A stretch of DNA of 64,000 nucleotides from a virus, in the IMG/VR virus record IMGVR_UViG_3300022602_000075, positions 8,020 to 72,019 of that record. One strand, written 5' to 3'. Shown one piece after another: positions 8,906 through 21,200 of the stretch. The notes beneath the pieces are model-generated. The model was not told where the DNA came from and made no database searches. It saw only the letters and a list, made by a program, of their open reading frames with translations. How positions within the stretch are numbered: the first letter of the stretch is position 1; each line of letters begins with the position of its first letter. Position numbers and translations under genes: made by a program.

Positions 8906-11338
8906 ATGGCTGACGACTCATCAACTGAAACTAACACCGCAGAAACAGGTGCAGTAATACCTGCAGTAGACCTTACATCACTGCCGGTTACTGCTCCCGT
9001 TATAGCGTCTCAACCAGATACGCCACCGGTTAGTGATTCAATTGATAAGACTGCAACAAGCGCACTATTGGGAACAATGCAACAAACGGTCGCAACTGAC
9101 CCTAATCTTGCGCTAGCAGCATCAACTGGTTCTACAGTAGTGAATGACGAGAATGGAGTACCCCAACTAGTCATAGGACAATATGGACAAACCCCTGATC
9201 AACTTGAAGCAGCGGGAATACTCAAGCCCGGATCAGCGCAATTAGTTAACTCAGCAATTGCCAGCGGGATAGATGTAGACACAGCCATGCCTCCAAATCT
9301 ATTTACCGGGGAACAAGGTATTACTAGTTTAGATTCTTACATCAATAATCCTACAGCCCAAGCATCGGTGTCAGTAACATCGCTACAACAATCACAAACA
9401 CAACTAACAGATGCCGGCTTAATTACTGGACAAGAAGATTCTTCACAAATATCAGGAGTAGTATTGTCGGGAGCAACCGTAGGAGTTCCTGAAACGCTCG
9501 ACGCTATTAACTATGTTAATTCTCAAACTCCAAACATAGAGCCTGACCCAAGTGTACTTACACAAATATCACCCGGGGGTTACGGTGTTAATTCATCGTC
9601 TCCTTTGTCATCAGTGGGAGGATCAATCAACAGTTTTGCTTCTAAAGGAGTATCCAGTATCTCAGCGCGATTGAGTGGATCTACTGGGTCATTTGCAGGG
9701 AGCATATCAGGATCATTTAATTCGTTATCGGGCGGATCTATATCTGCATCATTTGGATCTATCTCTGGGGTATCGGGTAGAATAATGGGGACCATCAGTA
9801 AAGGTAACTTTGCGGCTGGTGCAGGCTCACTGTCAGTTGGATCATTAAGCGGGTTAAGTTTATCACTTAGCGCACTATCAAATGTACCAAGTTTATCTAG
9901 TTTGACTGTATCAGTTAGGGGAGCATCCGCATCGGCATTTTATGCAATAGCAGCAAGTTTTAGACCTCTACAACCAGGTGTACCTCAAAATCTAACAGTA
10001 TTAGCAAAACAGGCCGCAGCAAGAACAGCGGGCGCAGCAAGCATAGGTGGATCACTATCGCTATCTAATGGATTGAAGAGTTTAACTGGTTCTATATCGG
10101 GATCATTGTCAGGTAGTATAGGGGGCGTATCAGGATCTATTTCTTTGTCAGGTGGATTAAGCAGTATAGGTGGCTCTATTTCTGGTGCAGTAAGTGGTAT
10201 AAGTGGCTCTATTTCTGGCGCAGTAGGTGGAATATCGGGAAGCATTGGAGGATTAGCAACTAGTTCCTCACTAGCAGCAGTAGGTGCAGCAACTTCAGCG
10301 ATAAGTGGTACTCTTGCAATACAAGGTATTATAGGTGGCAACTCATCTAAATCATCTAGGTCTGCACCAGGTTCACTATCTGGTACTGGAATAAGTGGAT
10401 TTATACAGGCATCAACAGTGCAAAGTGTTAATAACTTAAGACCTACTGTAGGAGGATATGCTAGTACTAGTTCTTTAGTAAACAGTGCTGGTTCAGGTTC
10501 TACAGGTCTATACCAAGCAGCATTATCAGTAAGTTCGGGAGCATTGCATGTTTCGGCAGCAGCAATGGCTAGCGGTGTTAATAATTTACCCGGGGGCGCG
10601 GGCAGTATTTCCTCTGTAGTTAACAACTCTTCTAAGTCATTAATGTCAGTTCCTGGACTAAGTTCTATTTCAAATTTGGCTAAAAAAGCCTCTGCAAGTT
10701 TGCTCAATAATATAATACCAAGTAATCCATTTTCTACTTCAAATTTGGGAAGTAGTCTTTCAGGTGGCTTAGGAGGGGTAGAATCTATAACAAGCGGCAG
10801 TGCCTTAGTTGATGCTGCAAATTTAGGAACTCCTGACTTAAATGCTGATCTACCAGATTTACCTGATATAGACGCAGCATCCGGAGATTTATCAAGTCTA
10901 GCAACTACTGGACTGTCTGCAGGAGACGCCGCTCAACTAGAAGCCTCTGTGTCTGCACTTGGTACAGGTGGGCCATCGCCGGTTAAAATGCCTACAGTCG
11001 CTATGAATACCGTCGATAGATCGGATCTTGTTGCAGGAATAAACGATCAACTAGGTGATCCTGGAATTCCTGCTCCAAATTTCTTAGACGATGTATCACC
11101 TGTTGCAATTGACGAACTAGACCAAGTACAGCAGCAAGAAGCCAATGCAACACAAGCAGTAGATCAAATTGATGCGTACAATATTCAAGTACAAGCAGCA
11201 TATCAGTCTTATTATTTGGCTCTACAAAACTACCCACAGGGTGATCCCAGAATCGAACAAGCGCATCAAGCGTATCTATCACTGCAAAATTCTCCAGAAC
11301 TAGCCCAGTTGTACAAACAGGCTAATATAAATGTTTAA
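8906..11338 (+). CDS. Ser/Gly-rich virion structural protein of unknown function
   Basis: 810-aa ORF abutting gp5 and gp25 genes, with many GSISG-type repeats. Confidence 0.55.
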   Translation: MADDSSTETNTAETGAVIPAVDLTSLPVTAPVIASQPDTPPVSDSIDKTATSALLGTMQQTVATDPNLALAASTGSTVVNDENGVPQLVIGQYGQTPDQLEAAGILKPGSAQLVNSAIASGIDVDTAMPPNLFTGEQGITSLDSYINNPTAQASVSVTSLQQSQTQLTDAGLITGQEDSSQISGVVLSGATVGVPETLDAINYVNSQTPNIEPDPSVLTQISPGGYGVNSSSPLSSVGGSINSFASKGVSSISARLSGSTGSFAGSISGSFNSLSGGSISASFGSISGVSGRIMGTISKGNFAAGAGSLSVGSLSGLSLSLSALSNVPSLSSLTVSVRGASASAFYAIAASFRPLQPGVPQNLTVLAKQAAARTAGAASIGGSLSLSNGLKSLTGSISGSLSGSIGGVSGSISLSGGLSSIGGSISGAVSGISGSISGAVGGISGSIGGLATSSSLAAVGAATSAISGTLAIQGIIGGNSSKSSRSAPGSLSGTGISGFIQASTVQSVNNLRPTVGGYASTSSLVNSAGSGSTGLYQAALSVSSGALHVSAAAMASGVNNLPGGAGSISSVVNNSSKSLMSVPGLSSISNLAKKASASLLNNIIPSNPFSTSNLGSSLSGGLGGVESITSGSALVDAANLGTPDLNADLPDLPDIDAASGDLSSLATTGLSAGDAAQLEASVSALGTGGPSPVKMPTVAMNTVDRSDLVAGINDQLGDPGIPAPNFLDDVSPVAIDELDQVQQQEANATQAVDQIDAYNIQVQAAYQSYYLALQNYPQGDPRIEQAHQAYLSLQNSPELAQLYKQANINV

Positions 11339-11349
11339 TAAATAATACT

Positions 11350-11799
11350 ATGCCTACATACATTGGATTTTCAACGATACAAGCCAACCAACCCAGAAGC
11401 ACTAATGCTAACTCTGGCAACAATGGTGGCCCGGGTAATCTAGTAAAGCCAATTTCTTACGGTAATAAGTTTAAAATAGTAGATGAACAATTGGTTTTGC
11501 GAGATTTCTTAAACGCTCTTAACATACCGTTAGGTCAAAAAGTAGGACAACCTCAGTATGGGACAACGATTTGGTCGTTTGTGTTTGAACCAAACACATC
11601 AGATACGCAATATCAATTAGAAAATGAAATCAGAAGAATAGCAGGGTTAGATCCTAGAATTCAGTTGGGCTATGTGAAAGCATTTCCTAAACTAAACGGA
11701 ATACTTTTAGAAGTACAAATGGCTGTAAATCCATTCAACAACCCATCAGTAATAAGCATTTTCTTTAACCCGGCTAATAACTCAGCAGTATTGCAGTAA
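11350..11799 (+). CDS. gp25: gp25-like baseplate wedge/sheath initiator
   Basis: GQKVGQPQYGTTIWSFVFEP..DPRI motif; lies upstream of gp6. Confidence 0.85.
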   Translation: MPTYIGFSTIQANQPRSTNANSGNNGGPGNLVKPISYGNKFKIVDEQLVLRDFLNALNIPLGQKVGQPQYGTTIWSFVFEPNTSDTQYQLENEIRRIAGLDPRIQLGYVKAFPKLNGILLEVQMAVNPFNNPSVISIFFNPANNSAVLQ

Positions 11800-11851
11800 C
11801 CTTTAAAAGTCGTAGTTTTTGTACTGATAAATAATAAAAACGGTATAAATT

Positions 11852-14800
11852 ATGGCTGTAACAAGTAATAGACAATCTAATCTTTTTGGTATTAACTATT
11901 GGCAACAAGTGTACCAAACCTACGCCGGTGCTGACTTCACCAGCTATAACTACGAAACTCTAAGAAAGAGTTTTATTGACTACCTAAAGATTTACTATCC
12001 TGAAACTTTCAATGACTATATTGAGAGTTCGGAATTTATTGCGTTACTTGATGTTATGGCATTCATGGGTCAAGGTTTAGCGTTTAGAAACGATTTGAAT
12101 GCCCGTGAAAACTTCATAGACACAGCAGAGCGTAGAGACTCAGTTATCAAACTAGCCAACCTAGTAAGTTACACTGCTAAACGCAATCTAGCGGGTCAAG
12201 GGTTCTTGAAAGTAGTTAGCATACAAACTACACAAAACATTACAGATATTAATGGCATCAACTTAAGCAATATTCCTATTTTATGGAACGATCCTGCAAA
12301 CCCAAGTTGGCAAGAACAGTTCAATACAATCATCAATGCTTGCTTGATTAATACGCAGTTTGTAGGTAGACCCGGAAACTCACAAGATATATTGGGCGTA
12401 ACAACTAGTGAGTACGCTATCAGCATTCCTCCTAATAGTCTACCTATAGTACCATTCAACGCTACTATAAATGGCAACACAACTAACTTTGAGTTAACTA
12501 GCATGACCAGCGTAGGTGAAAATTATTTGTATGAAATTCCACCTGCCCCATCTGGTAAATTCAATATCTTATACAGAAACGATCAATTGGGATACGGTAG
12601 CCCAAATACAGGCTGGTTCTTTTATTTCAAGCAAGGGTCACTACAAAATTTCCCATTTACTTTAGCGCAGCAAATTGCTAATCAGGTTATTAATATTGGG
12701 AATATTCAGGGTGTAAACAACACAGATACTTGGTTATACCAAATAAGCACAAATAATGCTTCTCCCGCACTTTGGACTCAAGTAGAAAATGTTTATGCAA
12801 ACGCTTACTTGCAAGCAGTAGCAGAAGGCTCACAGCGAGCCATATTCTCTGTAAGTTCTGGTTTTAACGACACCGTAAGTTATGTATTTGGAGATGGAGT
12901 ATTTTCAGAAATTCCTGTAGGTAATTTTACAGCATATGTTCGTGCTGGAAACGCACTGTCATACACAATTTATCCTAGCGACATGCAAGGTTTAACAGTA
13001 GCATTCAGTTATGTTACCCGAGTAGGAACACTAGAAACTCTTACATTTAGTTTAGAACTGCAAGAAACTGTTTCAAACGCACAGGCCAGAGAAACAATTG
13101 GTGATATCAAGCAACGCGCCCCTGCAGGTTACTACACACAAAACAGAATGGTAAACGGACAAGACTATAATAACTTCCCATACTCGTACTATAGTTCTAT
13201 TATCAAGTCTCAGGCTATCAATCGTAGTTCTATTGGCATTTCTAAGAACATAGACTTGTTAGATTCGACTGGTAAATACTCAAGCACTAATTCATTTGGT
13301 GATGACGGAGCACTATATCAAGATGCCACTCCGGGATTTTTAACCCTAACTATCAATTCTAATAGTGATATTATTGTATTCTTGACTTCTACATTATCTT
13401 CGGCTCTAGCAGACAACAGAGCAAATCAATACTACGTACAATATTACACCAGATATTCAATCAACTCTACTACTGCGCCTAGTACAATTCTTTGGCAGAC
13501 CAGTTCAGTTGACACAAGCAGCGAATCTGGTTATTTCTACTATGTAAGCGGCGATCAAAATATTCCAGTGCAATTAGGAGTATACGCTACAAATAATTTA
13601 CAGTATGTAACACAGGGTGCGCTTTGCTATTTCACTGCTCCAACTGGTTACTATTTTGATTCATCAAACAGGTTAGTAGCAGGAGTACCTAAACCAACCG
13701 ATGTTACAGGATTTTGGACTACTGTACTCAATGTAATAGGTGATGGTTCTAATAACGGAGTAGGTAGTTTTTCAAATGGAACAGGTCCTGTAGTCTTAAA
13801 TGGTTATGTACCTAGCACTGCGATCTTGACTACTGTGATTCCAGTATTCAGTAATTCGCTACCAACGGACATCATACAACAAGCAACTATCAAATTGCAA
13901 TTACAATTGAGTTTTAGTTTAGTATTCAATAACTCTATTGCAATTAACCAAGATCGTTGGTCAATTAGTTATTACGGTGATCCTAAAGCATTTGTAAATT
14001 TTGCAGCAACAGGAACTACGGGTGCAAACATTTATACAGTCACATATAATCAATTAACTTATTACTTTGGTAGTGTAGCAGATACAAGATTTGCTCCACC
14101 TAGCAACACACTTGTTTATGATCCGTTCTCAGGAAAAACTTTGCAAGACTTTATCAATATACTACCAGTCAATACTCTTCCTAACTCATCGTATCCTTTG
14201 AGTGTTCCTGTGAAGATTAATATCGTAGGACAAACTACAGAACCTGACGGTTACACAGACGATTTCCAAGTTGAAGTTTCTGCCACTGACGTAAATGATG
14301 CTCAACTTATATTGAATCCTGACTTCTTTAATTTTGTAACAGGTTACCAACAAGGTGGACAGAATTTTGGCATCTATGTTTTCTTTGAAAAGATTGTAGA
14401 CGCATTCAATTTAACAAGACACCAAATTGTCCCATCTTCTAGCGTAATCTATCAATATCCTACATCTACTCAAATAGAGTTAGTAAAATACGACTATCCA
14501 GTAGGACAGTTATTCTTTGCATACAATGAAGTCAACTCTTCTGGTGGGGTAGGTAATTTTTACACTACCGCGCAGAATCCATTAGTTACTACGCCAGATT
14601 ACTCACTAGTGTTGCAAACCAAATACTCAGTAGAAACGGGTAGACAGGGATTAAGTTTTCAATACAGACACAATTCTAATAACACTACAAGAATTGATCC
14701 AACTACAACAAATATCATTGATTTGTATATCGTAACACAAAGTTACTACACACAATATCAAAACTATATTCAAGACACAACTGGTACAATACCTGAACCA

Positions 14801-15268
14801 GAAATGCCGACTATCGATGAATTAAATCAGTCTTATGGTCAGTTACAAGATTATAAGATGGTCAGCGATAGTCTTATACCTAATAGCGTAGTATTCAAGC
14901 CACTGTTTGGTCCTAAAGCAGATCCAGCACTTCAAGCCACTATTAAAATCGTTCCTGTTGCAGGAGTAAGCGCAAGTAATAGTGAGATTATAAGTGCAGT
15001 ACTTACAGCAATGAACGAATATTTTAACATAAATAATTGGAACTTCGGTGATACTTTCTATTTCTCTGAACTAGCAGCATATCTACATACTAATGTTGGT
15101 CAATATGTAAGTTCTGCGGTACTAGTTGCTAATGATCCAAATCAACCGTTTGGATCATTATATGAAATTCAATGTGCTCCGTATGAGATATTCGTTAATG
15201 CGGCTACAGCGAATAACATTGTTGTGATACCTGCATTGACACCGGCAGAACTACAAATAGCGTTATAG
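11852..15268 (+). CDS. gp6: gp6-like baseplate wedge subunit
   Basis: Motifs FNDYIESSE, RENFIDTAERRDSVIKLA, FGDGVFSEIP, QNRMVNGQDY. Confidence 0.85.
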   Translation: MAVTSNRQSNLFGINYWQQVYQTYAGADFTSYNYETLRKSFIDYLKIYYPETFNDYIESSEFIALLDVMAFMGQGLAFRNDLNARENFIDTAERRDSVIKLANLVSYTAKRNLAGQGFLKVVSIQTTQNITDINGINLSNIPILWNDPANPSWQEQFNTIINACLINTQFVGRPGNSQDILGVTTSEYAISIPPNSLPIVPFNATINGNTTNFELTSMTSVGENYLYEIPPAPSGKFNILYRNDQLGYGSPNTGWFFYFKQGSLQNFPFTLAQQIANQVINIGNIQGVNNTDTWLYQISTNNASPALWTQVENVYANAYLQAVAEGSQRAIFSVSSGFNDTVSYVFGDGVFSEIPVGNFTAYVRAGNALSYTIYPSDMQGLTVAFSYVTRVGTLETLTFSLELQETVSNAQARETIGDIKQRAPAGYYTQNRMVNGQDYNNFPYSYYSSIIKSQAINRSSIGISKNIDLLDSTGKYSSTNSFGDDGALYQDATPGFLTLTINSNSDIIVFLTSTLSSALADNRANQYYVQYYTRYSINSTTAPSTILWQTSSVDTSSESGYFYYVSGDQNIPVQLGVYATNNLQYVTQGALCYFTAPTGYYFDSSNRLVAGVPKPTDVTGFWTTVLNVIGDGSNNGVGSFSNGTGPVVLNGYVPSTAILTTVIPVFSNSLPTDIIQQATIKLQLQLSFSLVFNNSIAINQDRWSISYYGDPKAFVNFAATGTTGANIYTVTYNQLTYYFGSVADTRFAPPSNTLVYDPFSGKTLQDFINILPVNTLPNSSYPLSVPVKINIVGQTTEPDGYTDDFQVEVSATDVNDAQLILNPDFFNFVTGYQQGGQNFGIYVFFEKIVDAFNLTRHQIVPSSSVIYQYPTSTQIELVKYDYPVGQLFFAYNEVNSSGGVGNFYTTAQNPLVTTPDYSLVLQTKYSVETGRQGLSFQYRHNSNNTTRIDPTTTNIIDLYIVTQSYYTQYQNYIQDTTGTIPEPEMPTIDELNQSYGQLQDYKMVSDSLIPNSVVFKPLFGPKADPALQATIKIVPVAGVSASNSEIISAVLTAMNEYFNINNWNFGDTFYFSELAAYLHTNVGQYVSSAVLVANDPNQPFGSLYEIQCAPYEIFVNAATANNIVVIPALTPAELQIAL

Positions 15269-15279
15269 GTTTAAAATAA

Positions 15280-18200
15280 ATGGCCAAAGTAATTAGAACA
15301 TTAGATTTCTTACCTGAGATATTTCAGACACCCTCAAACCAACAGTTCTTGAGTGCAACTCTTGACCAACTAGTAAATCCACCTGATTTACAAAAATTAC
15401 AAGGTTTCGTAGGTAACAGATTTGGTTACGGTGTTAACGCCAATGACTATTATGTTACTGAACCAGATGCTACTAGAACAAACTATCAATTAGATCCGGG
15501 CGTTGTATTCACTAAGCCAGGCACTTCAACTGCCACAGACTTTATTAGTTATCCTGGAATCTTGAATGCTATCAATGCAGCAGGTGGCTTAGCCAATAAC
15601 AATAGCAGATTGTTTAATTCACAATTCTATTCTTGGGATTCATTTACTAATTTAGATCCTCTAATCAATTTTAATCAGTACTATTGGTTGCCTGAAGGGC
15701 CACCGGCAGTTACAGTAGCAGCAGCAACAGTATTCTCAGCTGAAGATTATGTAGTAACTGCTGAGGCTAATGGATATAATATTTCAGTTCTAGGTTCGGA
15801 TACGGGCAGTATTAATCCTACTATTACACTGTTGCGCGGCGGCGTATACAACTTTTATGTAAATCAATCTACTCAATTTTGGATTCAAGGTCTTCCTGGC
15901 GTACAGGGAATTGATCCAACAAATCCAAATCAAAGCGTTCGTCAAATATATGGCGTAGGCAACAATGGTGCGGAAACAGGCATAGTAACATTTACAGTTC
16001 CGCCAGCAAACGCACAACAACAATATATTCTTCCTGGAAACAACTTAGTAAGTCTAGTAAGTAATATCCCTTACGAGAATTTGAACGGACAACTAGTATC
16101 AACTATTAAAAACATAGACGGTGTAACATCATTGAATGGCATGACCGTGATGTTCTATGATACTGGTACTCCAGTAAACACCAACTTCTATAAAATTGCT
16201 TATGTGGGAGATCCTAATAATCCTACTATTAGTTTATCTGTAGTTAGTGCTATACCAGTCAATCAAAACATCAATGTAGTATATGGAAACACATATGGTG
16301 GATTGACTTTCTATTTGGATAATTCTAACAACATAGAACAACTACCGTATATTTCAGCCCCGCTAGACACACTCTATTACCAAGACGGCAGTGATCCTAC
16401 AAGAGTAGGAATGATAAGACTTATTGAGAGTAATGTTACTAATCAATTAGATATAAACACTCAAGTATTAGGCCAAAAGAACTTCACATCAACAAATGGT
16501 GTAGTATTTACAAATGGCTTAAAAGTACAGTTTAATGGAGACGTAGTACCTTCAAGTTACTTAACTGGGCAATATTATGTACAGGGTGTGGGTACGGCTA
16601 TTGAATTACTTCCTGTAAGCGATTTCATAGTATCAGAGCCATTTACAGGTGACGTTCTTACACCTTGGGATTCTACTAATTGGGATATAGGCAATTTTTC
16701 TGACACACTGTACATACCTACATACCCTGATTATATCACAATTGCTAGAAATTCTATCAACCGAAACCCATGGTCGCGCAGTAATCGTTGGTTTCATATT
16801 GACGTAATCAATGCTACTGCACAGTATAATAATGATCCATCTATTGCTACTACATTTGCTAGACAAGATAACAAGGCGGCTAGACCGATCATCGAGTTTT
16901 ATCCAAATCTAGAACTATTCAACTATGGTTCAGTTGGTGTAAGTGCAGTTGATTTTATTGATTTTAGAACAACTGACTGCTTAAATCTTGTCGCCGGTCA
17001 ACCTGTTTATTATCCAGACGTTGATGTGTACACTGCATATAACGCAAATGTCTTTAATCCCCCTGTACCTACTGTAGGATTCACAACACCTTCACCAATG
17101 GGTAGCATCAATGTTGCAAATATGCGAGCAGTAGCAATCAGCCCAACTGGTGTATATGTTGCAGTTGGTTATGGAACTGCTAATTCTGCTCTTTACTCTG
17201 TATCGACAGATGGTATCAATTGGACTACGCCAGCATCAATGAATGGAGTTGTTGTTCCTGCCGCCAGTATGAATTCAGTAACAGTTAATTCTGCTGGGCT
17301 TTTTGTCGCTGTGGGAGGGGCAGGTTATCCTTACTACGCTACATCAACAGATGGCATTAATTGGACTACTCCTGCGCTGATGAACGGTAGTTCTGTTTAT
17401 ACTCAAATGCGCTCGGTTACTGTTAATTCGTCTGGTTTATTTGTTGCGGTTGGCAGTGACGGAAGTACTTATCCGTTGTATGCTACATCCACAGATGGTA
17501 CTAATTGGACTACTCCTGCTATAATGAACGGCAGCACTAGTTTCGCTGCAATGCAAGCAGTTACTGTAAACTCTTCAGGATTATTTGTTGCTGTCGGTTA
17601 TGATGGCAACCAATACCCAGTTTACGCTACATCAGTAGATGGTAGCACTTGGACTACACCTACACCGATGAATGGTACTACTAATCCGGTTCGGATGCTA
17701 GCGGTCACTGTTAATTCATCTGGGTTATTTGTTGCTATTGGAACTGATATTAATACCGGTTATCCAGTTTATTCTACTTCAACAACTGGTAGTAATTGGA
17801 TTACTCCTGTAGCAATGACTGGTTCTGCTAGCGGCATAAGAATGACTGCTGTTTCAACGAACTATTACGGTTTATTTGTCGCTGTTGGGTACGACCAAAA
17901 CACAGTTGATGGCGTAGCGTACAGACCAGTTTACTCAACTTCGTTAGATGGAAGTACGTGGACTGCACCTGCTTTCATGAATAATAGTATCGATCCTGCT
18001 AATATTTATGGAGTTGCTGTAGACACAATCGGTGGATTTGTTGCTGTGGGAGACTCGGGTGTTAGCGGAGTAGTATCTAAGTCGGTAATTCAATTGCCTT
18101 CTACTTCTACTACTGTAACTGTACCAGTGGCTTCAGTTACTGGCACCCTAGAAGTAGGCATGTATATAAACGATTCTCAGAATATATTGCCACCAAATAC

Positions 18201-21200
18201 ACAAATTACTAGTATTACTAATCACTCAGGGGTACTATACATTGAAGTATCTTGGCCAAATCCTACAGTACTGTCAGGAATAATCGGGGTATCACTTGTA
18301 GCCGATCCTAGCAGTAATACTAATTACGCTTTATTCCCTGGCGCTAGAGTTATATTTGCAGCCGATCCTGCTCAAAAAGCAAAAATATTTGTTGTAAACT
18401 TCTCTACAGTTACACAAGGATCACCTCCTGTTATTACATTAGCAGAAGCACCAGATGGTCAAATAGTAGCAGGTAATGTAGCAGCAGTAATCAGAGGATA
18501 TAATAATCAAGGTTATAGTTTCTGGTACAACGGTACTGCTTGGGTACAGGCACAACAAAAGATTACCAACAATCAAGCACCATTATTTGATGTGTTTGAC
18601 TCAAATGGTATAAGTTTTGGAAATCCTGCATATTATGTTGGTACTTCATTCAAAGGATCACGTTTATTCTCTTACGCTATAGGTACTGGGCTTGCTGATA
18701 AGGTATTAGGATTCCCGCTAAGTTATAGTTCAGTAAACAATATTGGCGACATTAGTTTTGACGTATCATTCAATTCAGATACTTTTACATATGTCAACAG
18801 TTCTTCTCCTGTTACTGAAAACGTAAACACTGGATTTGTTTATAACACAAATAGTTTAACTGACCACACTAGATTACTGGGTTGGCAAACAGCAGTAGGA
18901 CCTAGCGTACAGTATCAGGTATTTGAATTTAACTATGTAAGAAATTATGTAGTACCTAACAACGCATTCTTGTTAGATGTTGCACCAGTTGCTTCTGATG
19001 TAGAGCCTTGGCCAGTCTTAGAAGTTTACGTAAACAATGTATTGCAACCATCTACTAACTACACTGTAACCACAACTAGTGATTCTACTACTGTAGTAAT
19101 CAATATTCCAAATCAGATAACAAACACACTTGTTCAGATTTTAGTGTTAAGTGATCAAGTAAGCAAATATGCGTTCTATCAGATTCCGATCAATCTAAGC
19201 AACAACCCATTCAACACAGATATTACTGTAACTAATGTAGGTGATATTAGACGACAATACGCAAGCATATTTAATAACTGCCCAAACACAACAGGACACG
19301 TATTTGGCTCTAACAATTATAGAGACTTGGGTAATTTAGTACCATACGGTAATGTTATTATACAGAATAGCGCATCTCTAGCATTACCTGCTACATTCTT
19401 GCGTAATCTAGATTTCAATATTTTTGATGCGCTAGCATACAATAGCAAAAAGTATGTTGAATACAAGAACCTAATCGTATACACAGTAAATAGTTACCCA
19501 TTCGACCAGCGTTATGATCCAGCATATGTATTGAACACTGCTATTGATCTTATCACTGCGGCTAAAGACAGTTCTCAATCATTCTTCTGGAGTGATATGA
19601 TTCCTGCCAAAGCCCCGTACGCATCAAATGCTTATACTTTCAAAAGCAACTTAGACAGAACAGTTTATCCTTTAACACAAACTTATAATTTCAAAACAGC
19701 AAATTATAATGGTGTTTTAGTATACTTGTCTAGAACTATTAGCGGATTAACTATAACTAAGCAGCTAGTAATTAATCAAGATTATACAGTAAGTGCTACT
19801 GCACCTTCGCTAGAAATTACTATTCAATTGCTAGCAGGTGACGTTGTAACTATCAACGAATACAATCAAACTTATGGAAGTTATGTACCAAACACTCCAA
19901 CTAAGTTAGGATTGTATCCTGCTTTCATACCTGAAGTAGTTTTAGATACTGGTTATCAGCAACCAACTTACTTCATCAAGGGTCACGACGGTTCTTACAA
20001 CAAACTGTACGGCGATTATATTCCTGAAACAGATACGCTTGTTGACTTTAGAGACCAAGCACTGCTTGAGTTTGAAAAGAGAGTGTATAACAATCTTAAG
20101 TTAAGCAACACTATTCCAATTCAAGCATATGAAGTTACACCGGGCTTCTTTAGAACAACTGACTATTCATACGATGAATGGTTAGAAATTTACACACCTG
20201 GATTCTTGAATTGGGTAGGACAAAACAAACTAGACTACAAGCAACAGTACTATAATTCTTACAACCAGTATACTTGGAACTATAAGAAGACTACTAACAA
20301 AGTAGACAATAGCGTTATCGACATTGGTTACTGGAGAGGCGTGTATAGTTATTTCTACGACACAACTACTCCCAACACTACACCGTGGGAAATGTTAGGT
20401 TATAAGAACGAACCAAGTTGGTGGACTGACAGATATGGTCCAGCACCATACACCAGCAATAACTTAGTTCTTTGGGGAGATTTAGCAGCAGGCTTAGACT
20501 GGAATAACGGAAATCCTGTTGTAATACCTAAAGCAGTTCGTAATGGATTGTTAAAAGTGTTGCCTGTAGACAGTCAGGGTAATTTAATATCACCATTCCA
20601 AAGTGTAGTGGCTAATTACTATACTCCATCATTTGAAGCAAACTGGGTAGTTGGTGACGACGGCCCAGTAGAATTCAGTTACAGACGCAGTAGCAGTTGG
20701 CCTTTCGACTTAATGCGTATTCTAGCACTCACTAAACCAGCAGAATTCTTTAATTTAGGCGCTTGGGTAGACAACTACAAATACAGCGAAGAGTTCAACC
20801 AGTACTTAGTTGGTGGCAGAAGTCACTTAGTACCTAACGAAATTCCAGTATATGGTTCGGGCACACCTGTAACAAGTTATATTAACTGGGTAGTTGACTA
20901 CAGAAAGCAGTACGGTGTTGACGCTACTACAACAATCACTACGTTGATAAACAACTTAGATGTAAGATTAGTATACCGTTTAGCAGGATTCAGCGATCAA
21001 AACTTGTTGAATTTCTATATTCAAAGCACTAATCCAAATAGCAATAACTCTTCATTGCTAATACCAAATGAAAGTTATCAAGTGTTATTATACAGCAACC
21101 CACCATACAGCGTGTTGCAGTACTCAAGCGTAATCGTTCAAATCACTAATCAAGGTCAGTATGCCGTATTTGGTAATTCACAGAATTCGGCGTATTTTTC

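Noticed and set aside
9580-10707. Antisense ORFs opposite the Ser/Gly-rich gene
   Set aside because: Shadows of low-complexity repeats.
17122-18060. CRISPR array or DGR template/variable repeats
   Set aside because: The repeats are in-frame protein blades without spacers or adenine-specific variation, and no RT or cas gene is in the window.
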